The position numbers and the translations under genes are program-made. The notes beneath the pieces are model-generated. The model had not been told where the DNA came from, searched no databases, and was given only the letters and a program-made list of their open reading frames with translations. Shown in pieces: positions 26,484 to 38,694 of a stretch of DNA of 64,000 nucleotides (within the stretch, counting starts at the first letter, position 1; every line of letters begins with the position of its first letter). Source of the stretch: Spizellomyces punctatus DAOM BR117. Lineage: Eukaryota. Location of the stretch: NCBI GenBank assembly GCA_000182565.2, contig KQ257452.1. One strand, 5' to 3'.

Positions 26484-27058
26484 CACAACGTCGATCACTT
26501 CAAAGTCGTTTACGTGTTGCCCTATCCTCATTACCGATGCTTACCCATGCATATCACGTGCAGAAAACGATATTGGCCGGGGATGCAAGCCTGAGCGACA
26601 CTGAGTGCGTTCTCATCCCTACACTTAGATCTAATTGGACATAAATGTCACGGTTGGTCAACAGGGTAACTAGCACCCACCACCATGCAAGGGAAATCTG
26701 TCTACTAGTGCCCACCACCATGATAGTTCTAGAATGTTGCGCTACTAGTAAACCAGAATTGTATATCTTAATGCCAATGTCAATTACAAGTTCACCCGGT
26801 TGCAATGCAACAGCTAAATACATTTGTACTTTCCCACACACTATGTCAGGGAAGAATGTCCCCCATTACCCAGTGTAGAGACGAGAATCGGTTAGACGCG
26901 ATATACTTTACGGTGGGAACGAAACGCTGTATTATATTTACATCCAAGATACCAAGGGTTAAGCCTAATTGATCCAAGTTTGCCATAAGGTTTGCACAGG
27001 GTTATCAAGCCTTGCAACTTGAAAAGGCTGGTAGTCGTTCGAACAGAACGGTTGTATA

Positions 27059-29335
27059 TCACGGTAACAGCGCAGATACGACAACTTCCCGAAACCGACT
27101 GAACATGAGAGCAGTTAGACGGAATCTATACGTATACGTATTCCTGCGACGCTTTCACCTTAGTATAGTCCGCAGATCTTTCCTGAGGAACGCAGTCCAA
27201 TGAGTTACACAGTAACCATTATAAACAAGAGCAAGGGACCTACTTGGTCAAATTCTCCCGGAATACAATTTCCTCAACGTGATACTTTCCCGAAAAGTAC
27301 GGTGCTAATCTGACACCCGATACAATGTCAGCTCCAATCCCCCATAACTTGTATCTGACATTCACCAACTCACCGAAGAAACAAGGATCCAATGGCCGGC
27401 GGATGCTCATAAGCCAACTTATTTATCCATTCGCGTTCCACTTCCGTTGCTCGCGCCGGATCAGGAATGAATACGGCTGGTGGCCCTGGAGCCTCGGCCT
27501 CTCCTCCCATCACTGTTTTACCGCAGATATGTTCTGGTATCATCAGATCTGCAAGTATTGCCGGTTAACTGAATCAGGTCACAGAAATGTCGTAACGCTC
27601 GGTAGAAGAATGATACGCACAGATATACATGTGCAATTGTGTCACCAAATTGTATCGAAGTAGAAAAGTCAGTACCTCAAGGTACAGGGTTCTGAATTCC
27701 TTCTGAGGGATTATGGCGGAGTACGGACGGGGGATGGAAAGATCAGAAAGAATGGTCGGGAGATCCAATTGTGGAAATCTGCTATTGAAATCCTGCACAA
27801 GGCGTGGCAAGCTATAAGATCAGGTGTTAGTTGGACAGATGAGTACTTGTCTCATGAACGAAGGCAAACTCACAGATCTAGCTCAGCGCCTTGTGAAACA
27901 ACATAAACGTTGCGTATGCTAATCACGTCAATGATTTTGGCTTTCTGCCAATGAACCAGGTGAGCGGCCAAACGATACAGTTGGGACAAGGAGCAGTCAA
28001 GAGTGGTTTGGAGTTCTTCGAAACTGGATATTAGAGAGGGAGATAGGATTAAAATAAAAGCATTTAGGCCGAACATGTTCCCAAAAGAAAAATGACCATT
28101 GTGTTGGGGTAACAATCTGGATCAACTCCACGAGCAGAGGCGAAGGATCCAGGGGAAGCGCTTTGAGAATCTCTTCTGGATCGTATAAAAGTAATAATGC
28201 ATGGTAGGGCCGAAGAATCGGACTGCCGGTATCCTCTGACCCAAAAGCATACTTAGGTCTTGCTAGTGTCGTCGATTCTGTTAGTGCCAGTGGTCTGCTT
28301 ACACGATCTGGAATGTGCAAGGAGAGATCGACAGAAGAGTTCACGACAACATGCGCCACAGAGTCGTTTGTTATTGAGTTGTAGATGTGCGCTAGACATC
28401 GCGCCAATGTACTTTCGGCCAGCACCTGGTCCATGACGTCGCTCAATCGAACTCGCTCTTTGAACGCAACTGCATTGGTATAACGGAATGACGCTACGGC
28501 GAGGTGAGAATATAACCTTACCTAGAGACTTTACTTGCGCCTCGTCCTTGATGGATAGAATCAATTCGGCTTCCTTTCGAATGTAACCTCTTTTGAGTTG
28601 TTCATACTTTAGGGCAGCCGTGATTTTTGATATCACATGTTTGTACATTGTATCCACTTGGCATTGCCCGCGGTCAGGCTGCATCGCAAAGACAAGGTTG
28701 AACATGGACAGCTGATGGGCGGAGGCAATGTTCACAGGAGAATTAGCAGATTTGAGAAAGGGATCTGATGAGGATCGGTCAGACAACGACGGTGTGATCG
28801 TCACTCCAGGAGCAACGGATTCCTGCAAATTGGTTGATGTGGGCGCTGCGGCTCCCATGTGTGCCGCTAAACGTTTCTTTTGAATCATGCGCGCAAATCG
28901 ATGGCCCGTGCCTGGGCGGTCAGCGTGCAAGAGTGTCGGGTGGCCGATAAAAGTGACATCGTCTACTGTGAGCTGGAATTGCCTATCACACAATGCCACC
29001 TTTGGGGAAAGAATATCAGACAAAAAATGTGTGTCAAATCCAAGAAACTTTTCAGCGTCTGGACGCAAGCAAGCCTTGGCCCTTTCGAGATCGGCGGTGC
29101 TTGGTCTTTGGGAGATTCCTTCACGCAGAGTATCACGCCCAGCGCCATCTCTCACTTCAGGTACTTCATTTGGCTGTCCCACGGAGGACCCTGGTAGGTT
29201 TCGAGGCAAGCGCGATCTCTGCTCGTCTCGAGATGTGCCGCGAACTCGCTTAGGATCGCTAGGATAGCTGAATACCAATTGGTGTCCACGGCTGGAATAG
29301 CATATAAGAAGAATGCCAAGGACTGATGAGCTCAT
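27059..29335 (-). CDS. NPR3: GATOR1/SEACIT subunit Npr3/NPRL3
   Basis: LLICYSSRGHQLVFSYP, LSDILSPKVALCDRQFQLTVDDVTFIGHP, ALKYEQLKRGYI, LRPYHALLLL, RLAAHLVHWQKAKIIDVI and YFSGKYHVEEIVFREN. Confidence 0.92.
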
Positions 29336-29956
29336 AGCGTTATAAGCAAAGCACGCGGCTTGCCGCCAACCTGCTGGGCGGCGTAACCGACAATGGTGAG
29401 GCCGTGGCGCTCAGCGAGATGTGCAAAGATGTCGAGCGAGATGACGACTGTTTGAGTTCACGTGACCTGACAAAGTCGCCATGCTTGCAGTAAAAACGCT
29501 GTGCCCCGCGATGGGACAATTCCATCGACAAAAAGGCGGAAGGGCTTCTGACGCTTTACAAAGTGGGCTTGCAGCTCAAAAAGCAGAAATGGTGATGTCG
29601 TAGCATTCACAGTTGTCGTCACCTTTTCGCACCATCAACTACTTATACTGCTTGCTGAAAGGGTTTTATTGTGGGGCTTTTTTATTACAATCTCATCAGC
29701 ACTTTTTAGATGAGATATCCCTGCCTGTATAAACGCGCCTGTATCCCTCTTATCTTTTTGGGCACAGTCTCCCACTAGGAAAAATTCAGATCAAAAGGAC
29801 GCATTGGAAAGAAAAATAAATAAATACATGTAGACAGGCTAACGCCAAGTTCACCGCAAGCAATGCGCTCATATTCGCTATTGTTCTCGCAACATAGTTT
29901 GAGACGTTGATGGGATTGGCTACACAGAGTCTCTTGCAAAAGTCCGTGGACAAAAT

Positions 29957-32900
29957 ATGACTGACCCCGGCGAGATTCATTCCAAACGCCAAGGTCACTC
30001 GCGTTCCAGCTCATCCTCTTCTGGTTCGTCTTCCAACTCCTCGGCATCTGCTCGAGGTGGTACACCAGCAAGCCTCCCTATTCCCACGCCGACAATCCCC
30101 ACTCCCACACAGGCAGAGCACCCGATAACAGCGAGACTCCGACGAACTGGATCCGGTCGTGGGAGAACCCAAATTGCAAGGTCTTACTATTCGACGAGGT
30201 CAGACGAAAGCTGTGAGTATGCGAGACTTGTACCCGTTGCTTGTCATTCCCAGGGCCGTGAACTAATTACTCTTCCCAGGTTACTCCATTGACGAACCGT
30301 CCTTGACACTTTCCGCTGCACAAGTACGCCAGCAAACGCTTTCATGGACATATCGCGAACTGAAATTAGGTTCAACCCCACTCGAAGCTGCCAGGCGGAG
30401 GTCCACCCGTCCTCCATTTCCTAACGTCCTCCGTGAGGGTCCATCTGCCCCCGAGGACAGTACTAGTGACGCTACCGGGGGCGCGGGACAAGCGTCATCA
30501 GCAGATCCGCGAGCAGGAAAGGATATGTTTGACTCTTTACTGCAGCAGAAAACGGAGGGTTTTGCTAGGAAGCGCCAAGTGTCTCAGTTGAGCGCGCTCC
30601 GGCAGCTTGCGCTATCAATAGAGCAACAGACAGCGGCAGATGATGCTGAAGATAATGTTGAAACGTCTACGGAACAAACACCTTTGCTGGCAGCCAAGTC
30701 TGCGCGTCCTGTTGAGGACACCGAGATGCCCGATGTGAGCAGGCCTTTCAGAGCGGCCATCCAGGTAGAGGAAGGCTTCGCAAAACCTAATGGCGTACGT
30801 GGAACTTTTGGAAACGATGATGTGTGGGAGGACAGGGCCAGTGCAGAGGTCATGGACGAAGCCTACTCTAGCGGGCGAAAATCGTACGGCGGACAGTGTT
30901 GGGATAATTGTTTCCACGAAATGGTGCGGAGCCTCAAGCAATTTGAGATGCGAGATCTCCTTACGTGGAGCGGTTGGATTATGGCTGCGTTACCGGCTGT
31001 CGTTCTTGCTCTGATTCTCAATCTCTTGGATGCTGTAAGTGACTTTGAATGGAGAAGGCTCTCTGCCAAGTACTGAAATGACTAATTACTTCAGATGTCG
31101 TACGGAATCATCATCTTCCCGTCGTCTGATGAACATATGCCAGATACCGCCATTCAAGCTGGTATCTCCATGTTCTTAACTAGGTGAATCAACTGCGACC
31201 CGTTGGATTTTCTGGACGTCTCGCTAAAAAAAAAATTAAATATCGCAGCACTCTCATCTCACAATTAGTATACACCCTTGGTGGCTCCGCCTTCAAGGGA
31301 GCAGTGGGCAGTATGGTGGGTTCGTCGCCGTAAAATAAAGTCAGTTGAATGTGAGGTAACATGCTGTTATCGTACAGATGATTGAGGTCATGCCGTTTTT
31401 GCATATTATGTGTCGTACAGTGGAAGAGCACATGAACGGTGCTGACAGCAAGGCTATTTTGGCCACCATTATGGTCGCCTATGCAATGAGTACCCTTATG
31501 ACTGGGATCGTATTCTTCCTATTGGGGGCCTTCAAACTGGGAAACTTGATTCAAGTACGTTGCTATTATCCTCGTTGCCAATGTCCTTGCATAACCATTT
31601 GTTTCTCTCTTTCTAGTTTTTCCCGCGCCATATCTTGGTCGGATGCATTGGTATGCAATATGTCCACATGTCCATACTTGTACCACCTGGAGCTAATGGC
31701 ATCGATCGATTCTAGGTGGTATTGGACTTTTCCTGATCCTGACGGGAATAGAAGTGACCACCGGCATACCAAACGAGTACTCGCTAGAATGGATTCGCAA
31801 CATCTTTACACCTTCCGCTCTAATGTTGTGGGGCTCCAGTCTGGGACTTGCCGTGTGTTTGAAGATTATGCAGCGTCGTATTCATCACCCACTATTTGTG
31901 CCAATGTTTTATGTCGCTGTGCCCGTCGTCTTTTTTATCATTGTGCTGGTTGCACGAATCCCGATGGACGAGCTTCGCCGAAGCGGCTGGCTGTTCCCAA
32001 TGCCAGAGGGTGAACCAGCTCCGTTTTACGAGTTCTGGACGTACTATGATTTCGGCAAGGTCGATTGGACTGCACTACCTGGTGCGTTGTTGATCTGGAC
32101 TCTAATAATACCATGCTCTGCTAACCTGCATGCTTCTTTTGTAGCGACAATTCCCACGCAGCTGGCCCTTACGTTCTTTGGCATACTCCATGTGCCCATA
32201 AATGGTTAGAGTCGGCGACAGCTGTTAAACCCTTGGTGCATGTTCCTAACGTAGCTTTAGTCCCAGCTCTTGCCGTGTCTACTCATCAAGATGTGGACCT
32301 GAACAGGGAGCTGATAGGACATGGCATCAGTAATTTTGTGTCGGGACTCTTTGGAGCCACACAGGTAACTAACAATTTAGCTCGACATCTACCGATCTAC
32401 CGCTGCTTATGCAATTCATTCTCGTAGAACTACCTAGTGTACTCCAATTCTATTCTGTACATACGATCGGGCGGGGCCTCCATTACAGGTGGTCTGCTTT
32501 TAGCCCTGGGTACAGCGCTGGTCTGGATAGCCGGTGGCAAAGTCGTTGCCTTTGTGCCAACGATCGTCGTGGGCGCGTAAGTGAAGTTCGTTTCATAGAA
32601 GATCGAATGATACAGACTCGCTAAGTTTTCTCGTTATTAGGTTGATCTTCCATCTTGGCATTGACTTACTCAAGGAAAGCGTTGTGGATACTTGGAACAC
32701 TGGGATTCACACCTTAGAGTATTTGACAATTTTATCCATTGTCACCATCATGGGTATGAGCATGCATTGTCAATGACCTGCTGGCAATTCTGTTGAACGC
32801 GAGGATATTTTGCCGGTTTATTAGGTGTCGTGGGGTTTACCGAAGGAATCGTGGCCGGTGTAATCCTCGCCTGCACGTTCTTTGGTATGTCCATTGAATT

Positions 32901-34373
32901 GAACTGACGGAAGTAGGAATGTCTAATCCAGGTCTTGCCATAGTGGTGATGTATGCTCGAAAATCCGTGATACGTGCCGTATATACTGGTTCGCAATTAC
33001 GCTCGACCGTCCATCGATTGTACCGACAGCAATGTTTCCTTGATCAAGTTGGAGACCAGATCCATTGTATCAAGTTGCAAGGGTTAGTTATACCTAGTGA
33101 ATATGTCATATTGTACTCTTTGACTGACGGCCCTTCTCTACATTTTCGTTTAGTTTTATGTTCTTTGGTACAATCAATCAACGTGAGTTGCTCTACGCTT
33201 GAAGTTCTTGTATATGGGAATCTAACCTCGTCTCACTCTCAGTGGACGTCTATATGCAAAATGTTCTCAATGAAAATCCGCGGATCCGGTACATTGTCCT
33301 TGACTTCTCTCTCATTTACGGCATCGACTATTCGGCTTTGGAAAGCTTCCATCGCATCAAGCGGATGTTGCGAGAGCGCAACACAGGTCTTGTTTTTGCT
33401 GGGTTGGCCACTGTTGGACGAACACTTGCGCAATCCGGGATTTTTGAGCATGAAGAGGAGCAGGATGCTCTGAATGTGCATAACTTTGGGAATCTGAACG
33501 AGGCTCTGGAGTGGTGTGAGAACCAGTTGCTGGTGACGTATTACGTCAAACAAGCGTCGAGGAGTAGTAGCGCTGCATCTTTGGGTAGGAACAAGAGTTT
33601 AATGTCGACACAATCTGGTCATTCACACTCACATTCATGCAGAAATACCTCGGCATACAGTTCCACCAGCTTTGAATGACTCTGGTTCCGTCTTTGGCAT
33701 ATCTCATTTAACGCCACGACAGCAGGAGGTGCATAAGGCTGCCTCCAAGATTTTGAAAGGTCAGGACCCTGATCCCCTTTGCTGATAAGTGCCTCTAATA
33801 TTAATGCTGTACAAGTAGAAGACCCATTGCCTCCTCGCCCTGAACGCGAGGGTTTCCTTCCTGTGGCAATTCTCCTGCAAGCCTTCTCGGAAAACGCAGA
33901 GTATGATGCAGAACTATTGCACTTTTGTGAAGGACGCTTTCAACGAGTTACTGTGGCGAAAGGCACGATACTTTGGTTCCCCGGAGAGGAGGCGAAGGAT
34001 TTGTATGTCATTGAGGAAGGGGAGCTAGCCCTGTTAATTGTGGAGCATCATAGATCAGGACAGCAAATGAAGGTGGTTGAGACGTTGTTACCAGGGACAA
34101 TGGTGAGTCAAAGATACACTTGTCTTTCAAGGAGAATTCATTAAATTAACATATGTACAGGTTGGGGAGCTCGAAATGTTTACTAGTCGTCCACGAACCT
34201 GCCGTCTAGTGGCCAATGATGATTCCGTGCTGTGGAGACTGTCTAAAGAAACATTCGAACGCATGTCAGAGGAGAATCCCCAGCTCATGCTCAAGTTTGT
34301 GACAAAGATTGCCTTGTCTTTTGATGCCGTTAGGTTTTACAACACCGTGTACCATTGGGGTCAGTTGAAATAG
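29957..34373 (+). CDS. VSB1: SulP/SLC26-family transporter with STAS and C-terminal cNMP-binding-like domain (yeast Vsb1/YGR125W-like)
   Basis: LPAVVLALILNLLDA, GSMMIEVMPFLH, FFPRHILVGCIGGIG, ALTFFGILHVPINVPAL, STAS segment IKLQGFMFFGTI...YIVLDFS, LNEALEWCEN, and a cNMP-like domain LYVIEEGEL...GTMVGELEMF. Confidence 0.88.
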
Positions 34374-34639
34374 AGGGTCAGATTGTGCTGTTGTAGGGGC
34401 ATATAAGCATCTGGTGGGGGGCTGAACGTACTGTAAGGCACGATGTACTTGTATTATATAGCATGTGTATAGCATAGCCCACATTCAAAAGGATTGCACG
34501 AGATGATTACGTAGCGTTTGTCGCGCCCTGCGATCATGGGTCTTGGGTGCATTTGCGTTATACGTTTTTGTCAGAATTCAATCCCCAGTTCTTTCAATAC
34601 CAACCCAGCGCGCAAACTAGCTGACAGCAAGTCAGAACC

Positions 34640-36340
34640 ATGTCGTCGTCAAGTCTTCCTATTGCTGTACCTCCTACTGTAGCAGGCACCGCGCCCGGTA
34701 TCTCCCAAAGCACAAGTACCAACAGTGCCGACCCCACCAGCGCCAGTAGCACCCTACCTTCCTCTAACGCCAGCGTTCCCCGTGCCCCTTGTCCGCCGAG
34801 TGTCCAACGAGAATGGTCGGATATTGATACAGACGATGGATGCCATGACCCTCTTGAAGCTCACTTGATGGTTACGGCTGAAAAACATTGGGGGACCACG
34901 CAAAAGTATAAAACAGAAGAGGAGGCTTATGGGAGAAAGTAGCATTCGGCCATCAACAGTGGCATTGTCTGGTACGATAAGGTCTCTAGCCTACGGATGG
35001 AGCAGTCGATATTTTATAGGTAGCTGGCATTTTTTGCTCTTGGCATCTTTTATGCACGACCGAGAGGGAATGGTTTGAATTGTATTATTGATGTTTTGAA
35101 CGACAGAATCGGCTGCTGTTATGGATATGCATCGTTTTCTCGTCTTTAAATTTGTATTGCTTGATGTGCGATATCTGTGGGGTAAGCAGGTGCAATCCGG
35201 GCGTGACTCATCATCCCCGCTCCAAGTCGACGAATGTCCCCATCTCCGTCTACATTCTTCCCTGACCTCACATGGGACAGTGCTCCTTATGCTCCTCCTT
35301 GGCTCGCATCGTTTCACGTAGTCCGCTTTGCATACTTTCTCTTAGGTGCGAACCTTGCCCCTTATATCTTGTTTAGAGCGTTCGCGTGCGGCAGATTGGG
35401 GTGGGAGCATCATGGTGAGCTAGCTTTGAAGTATAGTAAACGTTCAGAGACAGCTGCTCATTTCATATATTAAATAGAAAAGTTTCCTGCAACCCATTAT
35501 CGGGATCTTGTTCTGGTGATTGGATATGCTTTCCCATTGTTTGTCCTTGGCAACTACTCTGACACACTGAAGTGAGCAAGGCATATTTAACTCGAGTTTC
35601 CTTCACATGCCGTTCGTCTCTTACTGTTTGAAGTAACGTCAGCTTCCTCCTTTTTCAGCTGGATAACTCTCACCCTGCCCAACGTATCAATCTTCCTATA
35701 TGCCTGGATTGCGGAACACCCATCACTTCGCCACAGTTTCGCAACGGTTCGAAACTGGCCTAAATTCATGTGGGCTACGGTGCTCGGTGCCGTTACAACT
35801 ATCCTGGCCTTTGCTGCCTACCATATCTATCTGTCTTACGATCTGCGGGTACCGCGTGATATGTTTGAAGCCCAAGGTGGTCTCACAGGATCAGCTGTGA
35901 CTGGTAGCATTCTCGGATGGTATGTCTTGGCGGTCATTGCAATTCCATTGGGTCTCCTGTTAGCGGCTGCCCTGACAGCATGGTGTCAGAACGGTGGGTG
36001 GGGCATGGTTGGATTGATCGTGCAGAAAATGAGGGGCGTTTGCAGGCAAGTCGCGGGAAAGCAAACAGGAAAGCCGCCTGCCCATCCACCAGTCGAAGGA
36101 CCAGACACATCTGTTACGGATATAGTTCAGGGCATGACCGCAGAGCAACCTAATGGTATTCAGTCGCAGTCTGCATGGCCTCGAACCGTTTTCCACCCTC
36201 ATCACTGGGCTATATTTTATTTTCTTGCGTTCTTCACGCGCTTCAAGGATCCAGTATCCCAAGCGGCTGCCGGTATTCTCATGGGGATTTACATGCATGG
36301 AGTAGCCGCGTATGGATATCATGACTTACTAGAAACGTGA
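34640..36340 (+). CDS. Hypothetical multi-pass membrane protein (5' structure unresolved; confident part 35234-36340)
   Basis: Spliced exons 35234-35414, ~35478-35571 and ~35659-36340 are in frame, with several TM helices and the motif FHPHHWAIFYFLAFFTRF...GIYMHGVAAYG. I could not join the upstream 100-aa ORF (34640-34942) in frame. Confidence 0.6.
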
Positions 36341-36400
36341 CGGACGTTCAAAAATGTTAATTTGCATTATGTTTGCGTATGTACAGTGAATGTATTTGGC

Positions 36401-37758
36401 TCACTTAAATATGTTAGAGAACATTCTTCTTTCCTTTTCACGATGAGCTCTAAGCTTTGTTTCTAGCAATTGCTCCTCTTTTCGGAGCTCGGTAAATTCA
36501 GGTCCTGCCTTTGCATAGTTGCCCGCTTCTAGTATGTTCCTCAATTTTTCGAAATCATGTTGCGCAAGGTCAAGGTCCCTCCCTATCTGCAAAAAAGCTT
36601 GTCCTCGCCGAAATAGCGCCTTGACATTGGTAGGATCCTGCTTGAGGACTTCGGTGCACTGCGGTATTACCGATTCGGGATCCCCCAGTTTGAGTTTGCA
36701 GGCAGCATAGTTTAGTCTGCATGCCTGCATCAAAGCATTGAGAGTGTCAAGATTGATTTCATTGTCGACCTCAGACTTGGTATCTTCCGTTTGACTGTCA
36801 GACTCAAGGTCTGCTGATTGCCGAGATTTCTTTCCATCAGCCACCTGTGCTCTTTGCATGTCCATCACCGTCGAACTCATTGATACGCTTTCCAGTAGTG
36901 CAAGCGCTCGCGTGTACTTCTCCAATGCTTGTGGGTATCTTCCTTCCTTGTAGAGCTTGCCACCCTCCTCCTTCCGTATTGGCGCTTCACGGTACTTATC
37001 GATGGTTTCCATCTCCCACGGTTCTCGGACATACGAGTCGGGAGACTGCACGTCGACGAGCTCAATTTCAAACTCGAGTGGAACATTGTACAGCTCCGCA
37101 AGGTCGCTTTGCGACTCCATCTCCTGATGGAGAGCATGAGCGCAGCATCCGTGTACTCTGGATGTGGGTAGACCTTGCTTCGCCTTGTTCCGGTTTTCCC
37201 TCTCTTGCTTCAAGACCTTGGCCAGTTGTACATAACCCTAGAGTGAATCGTTAAACAGCCAGCACAATGCATCCTTAAGACATTGGACCATGAACTCACT
37301 TCACAATACTCTGGCATGCAAAGAAATCTTGACCGTTCGCCCACAGTCATTGTTTTCACACACATTTCCATGGCTTTGACTGAAAAACTGAATCCAATCC
37401 GAAGCTCAAAAGGCCTCTCTGGATCATCTTCGCGTGAATCCCCGACTTTTTTCCGTTTCGGTTGAGGGAACTCTCTGTTTGCACTCACTTCAACATCCTT
37501 TGTTGCGGTACGGGTGTGGGAGCAGCATGGTCCATTTCCATGTGTGTGGCCCGACTTTGCACTATGGTCATGTCCGGAACCTTGAGGTGAAGATTCCTTC
37601 ATAGGTTTCCCATAAGTGTAGACTTGATAGTGGAAGCGGGCATTTGCCCCGCGAACCCACTGCGGTCTCGGCTTTGTCTTATCGCCGTCTCGTAGAAGGA
37701 TTTTTAGGATACCTCCGTCTGGCGTGACTTTGTCCATTTTGGACATTGGATCTTCCAT
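36401..37758 (-). CDS. AIP/AIPL1-like co-chaperone (FKBP-like domain plus three TPRs)
   Basis: GDSRE..RPFELRIG..MCVKTMTVGERSRF, HGCCAH, PLEFEIELVDVQSPDSYVREPWEM..KEEGGKLYKEG, LNYAACKLK, NVKALFRRGQA and a C-terminal MFSNIF. One intron (~37242-37299). Confidence 0.85.
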
Positions 37759-38368
37759 GGCGACGAATATGAGACTGGTGGACGGAGAGTGATGGCGATG
37801 ATAGTTTGAAAGAAACAAGGTCCTGGTATCAGCGCGTCAAAAGATGATAATTGGACGCAAAATAGTGTGGGCTCTAGAGCTGGATAACAGTCATCTCGAC
37901 AGTGTTTCGGAGATCTAGCTGGCTCTTCTTCTTACTACTGCCACTGTACAAAGTCGGAATAAGCTTACGCTACTTGCGCGACAGCGTCGACTTCGCGGAT
38001 TCTGTACAACACGGCTTACGCAACACTCCTATGCTCATTACATGACTAGACAAGTGGGACAGTTTACACACATGCCATCTTTCTTCCTTTATTTGTATTC
38101 GGCGGCCAAGCAATCAGGTTGAGGACACGCTATCACTATTTCAAATATCGACCAAAGTAGAGCCGAGTAATACAAAAGAGGGTGAAAGCAGCTCAAAATC
38201 AGGCCAGCCGTTGAACCCGTCTAAAATTTAAGAGAGGATTTCAGCAGAACTGATCTTCCTCTTGTCGCTTTCGACCGATGTCACTCGGCCGAGTTATTAT
38301 CCTTACTCAAGAGTTGCGGCAAAGAATCAAGGTTGGGACCAGGAGAAGGCGCTTTATATATGGTTCTA

Positions 38369-38382
38369 GTTGCCATGGCTAC
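38369..38382. promoter_or_regulatory. X-box (RFX-binding)-like palindrome in the AIP/ATG13 divergent intergenic region
   Basis: GTTGCCATGGCTAC, one mismatch to GTTGCCATGGCAAC. Confidence 0.4.
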
Positions 38383-38694
38383 GATGGAGAATTCTGGTCA
38401 CCTGATGTGGTGAACACCTGGCTTACACTCGTTGGGTGTCAGAGCACAGCTCTCCAGTTTCCCATTCTTGTCCATAATGAGCGCGCTCACCAGGTAGATG
38501 GTTCCGACATTTCTTATGCAGCTGGTTTACCTCTCGTGTCGAGCCCGAACTACCCCCTCCATCGGTCTAGTGCCGTCGGAGAAGTCAATATTCGAGTGTT
38601 TGTGGTCTCCGTCGTCCACAGCGTCGTGATATCTCTCACTGCAGGGCCCGTTGGCTTCCCTTGTTTACGTTCAGTGGATAGGAGAATTTGAAAA

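Noticed and set aside
26668-26722. Short direct repeat ACTAG(CA/TG)CCCACCACCATG
   Set aside because: Only two ~19-bp copies, with no further structure to support a function.
34940-34942. TAG readthrough or an alternative genetic code
   Set aside because: The other genes use TAG as a normal stop (e.g. rhodanese, DUF3245-like), and readthrough here still does not reach the downstream frame.
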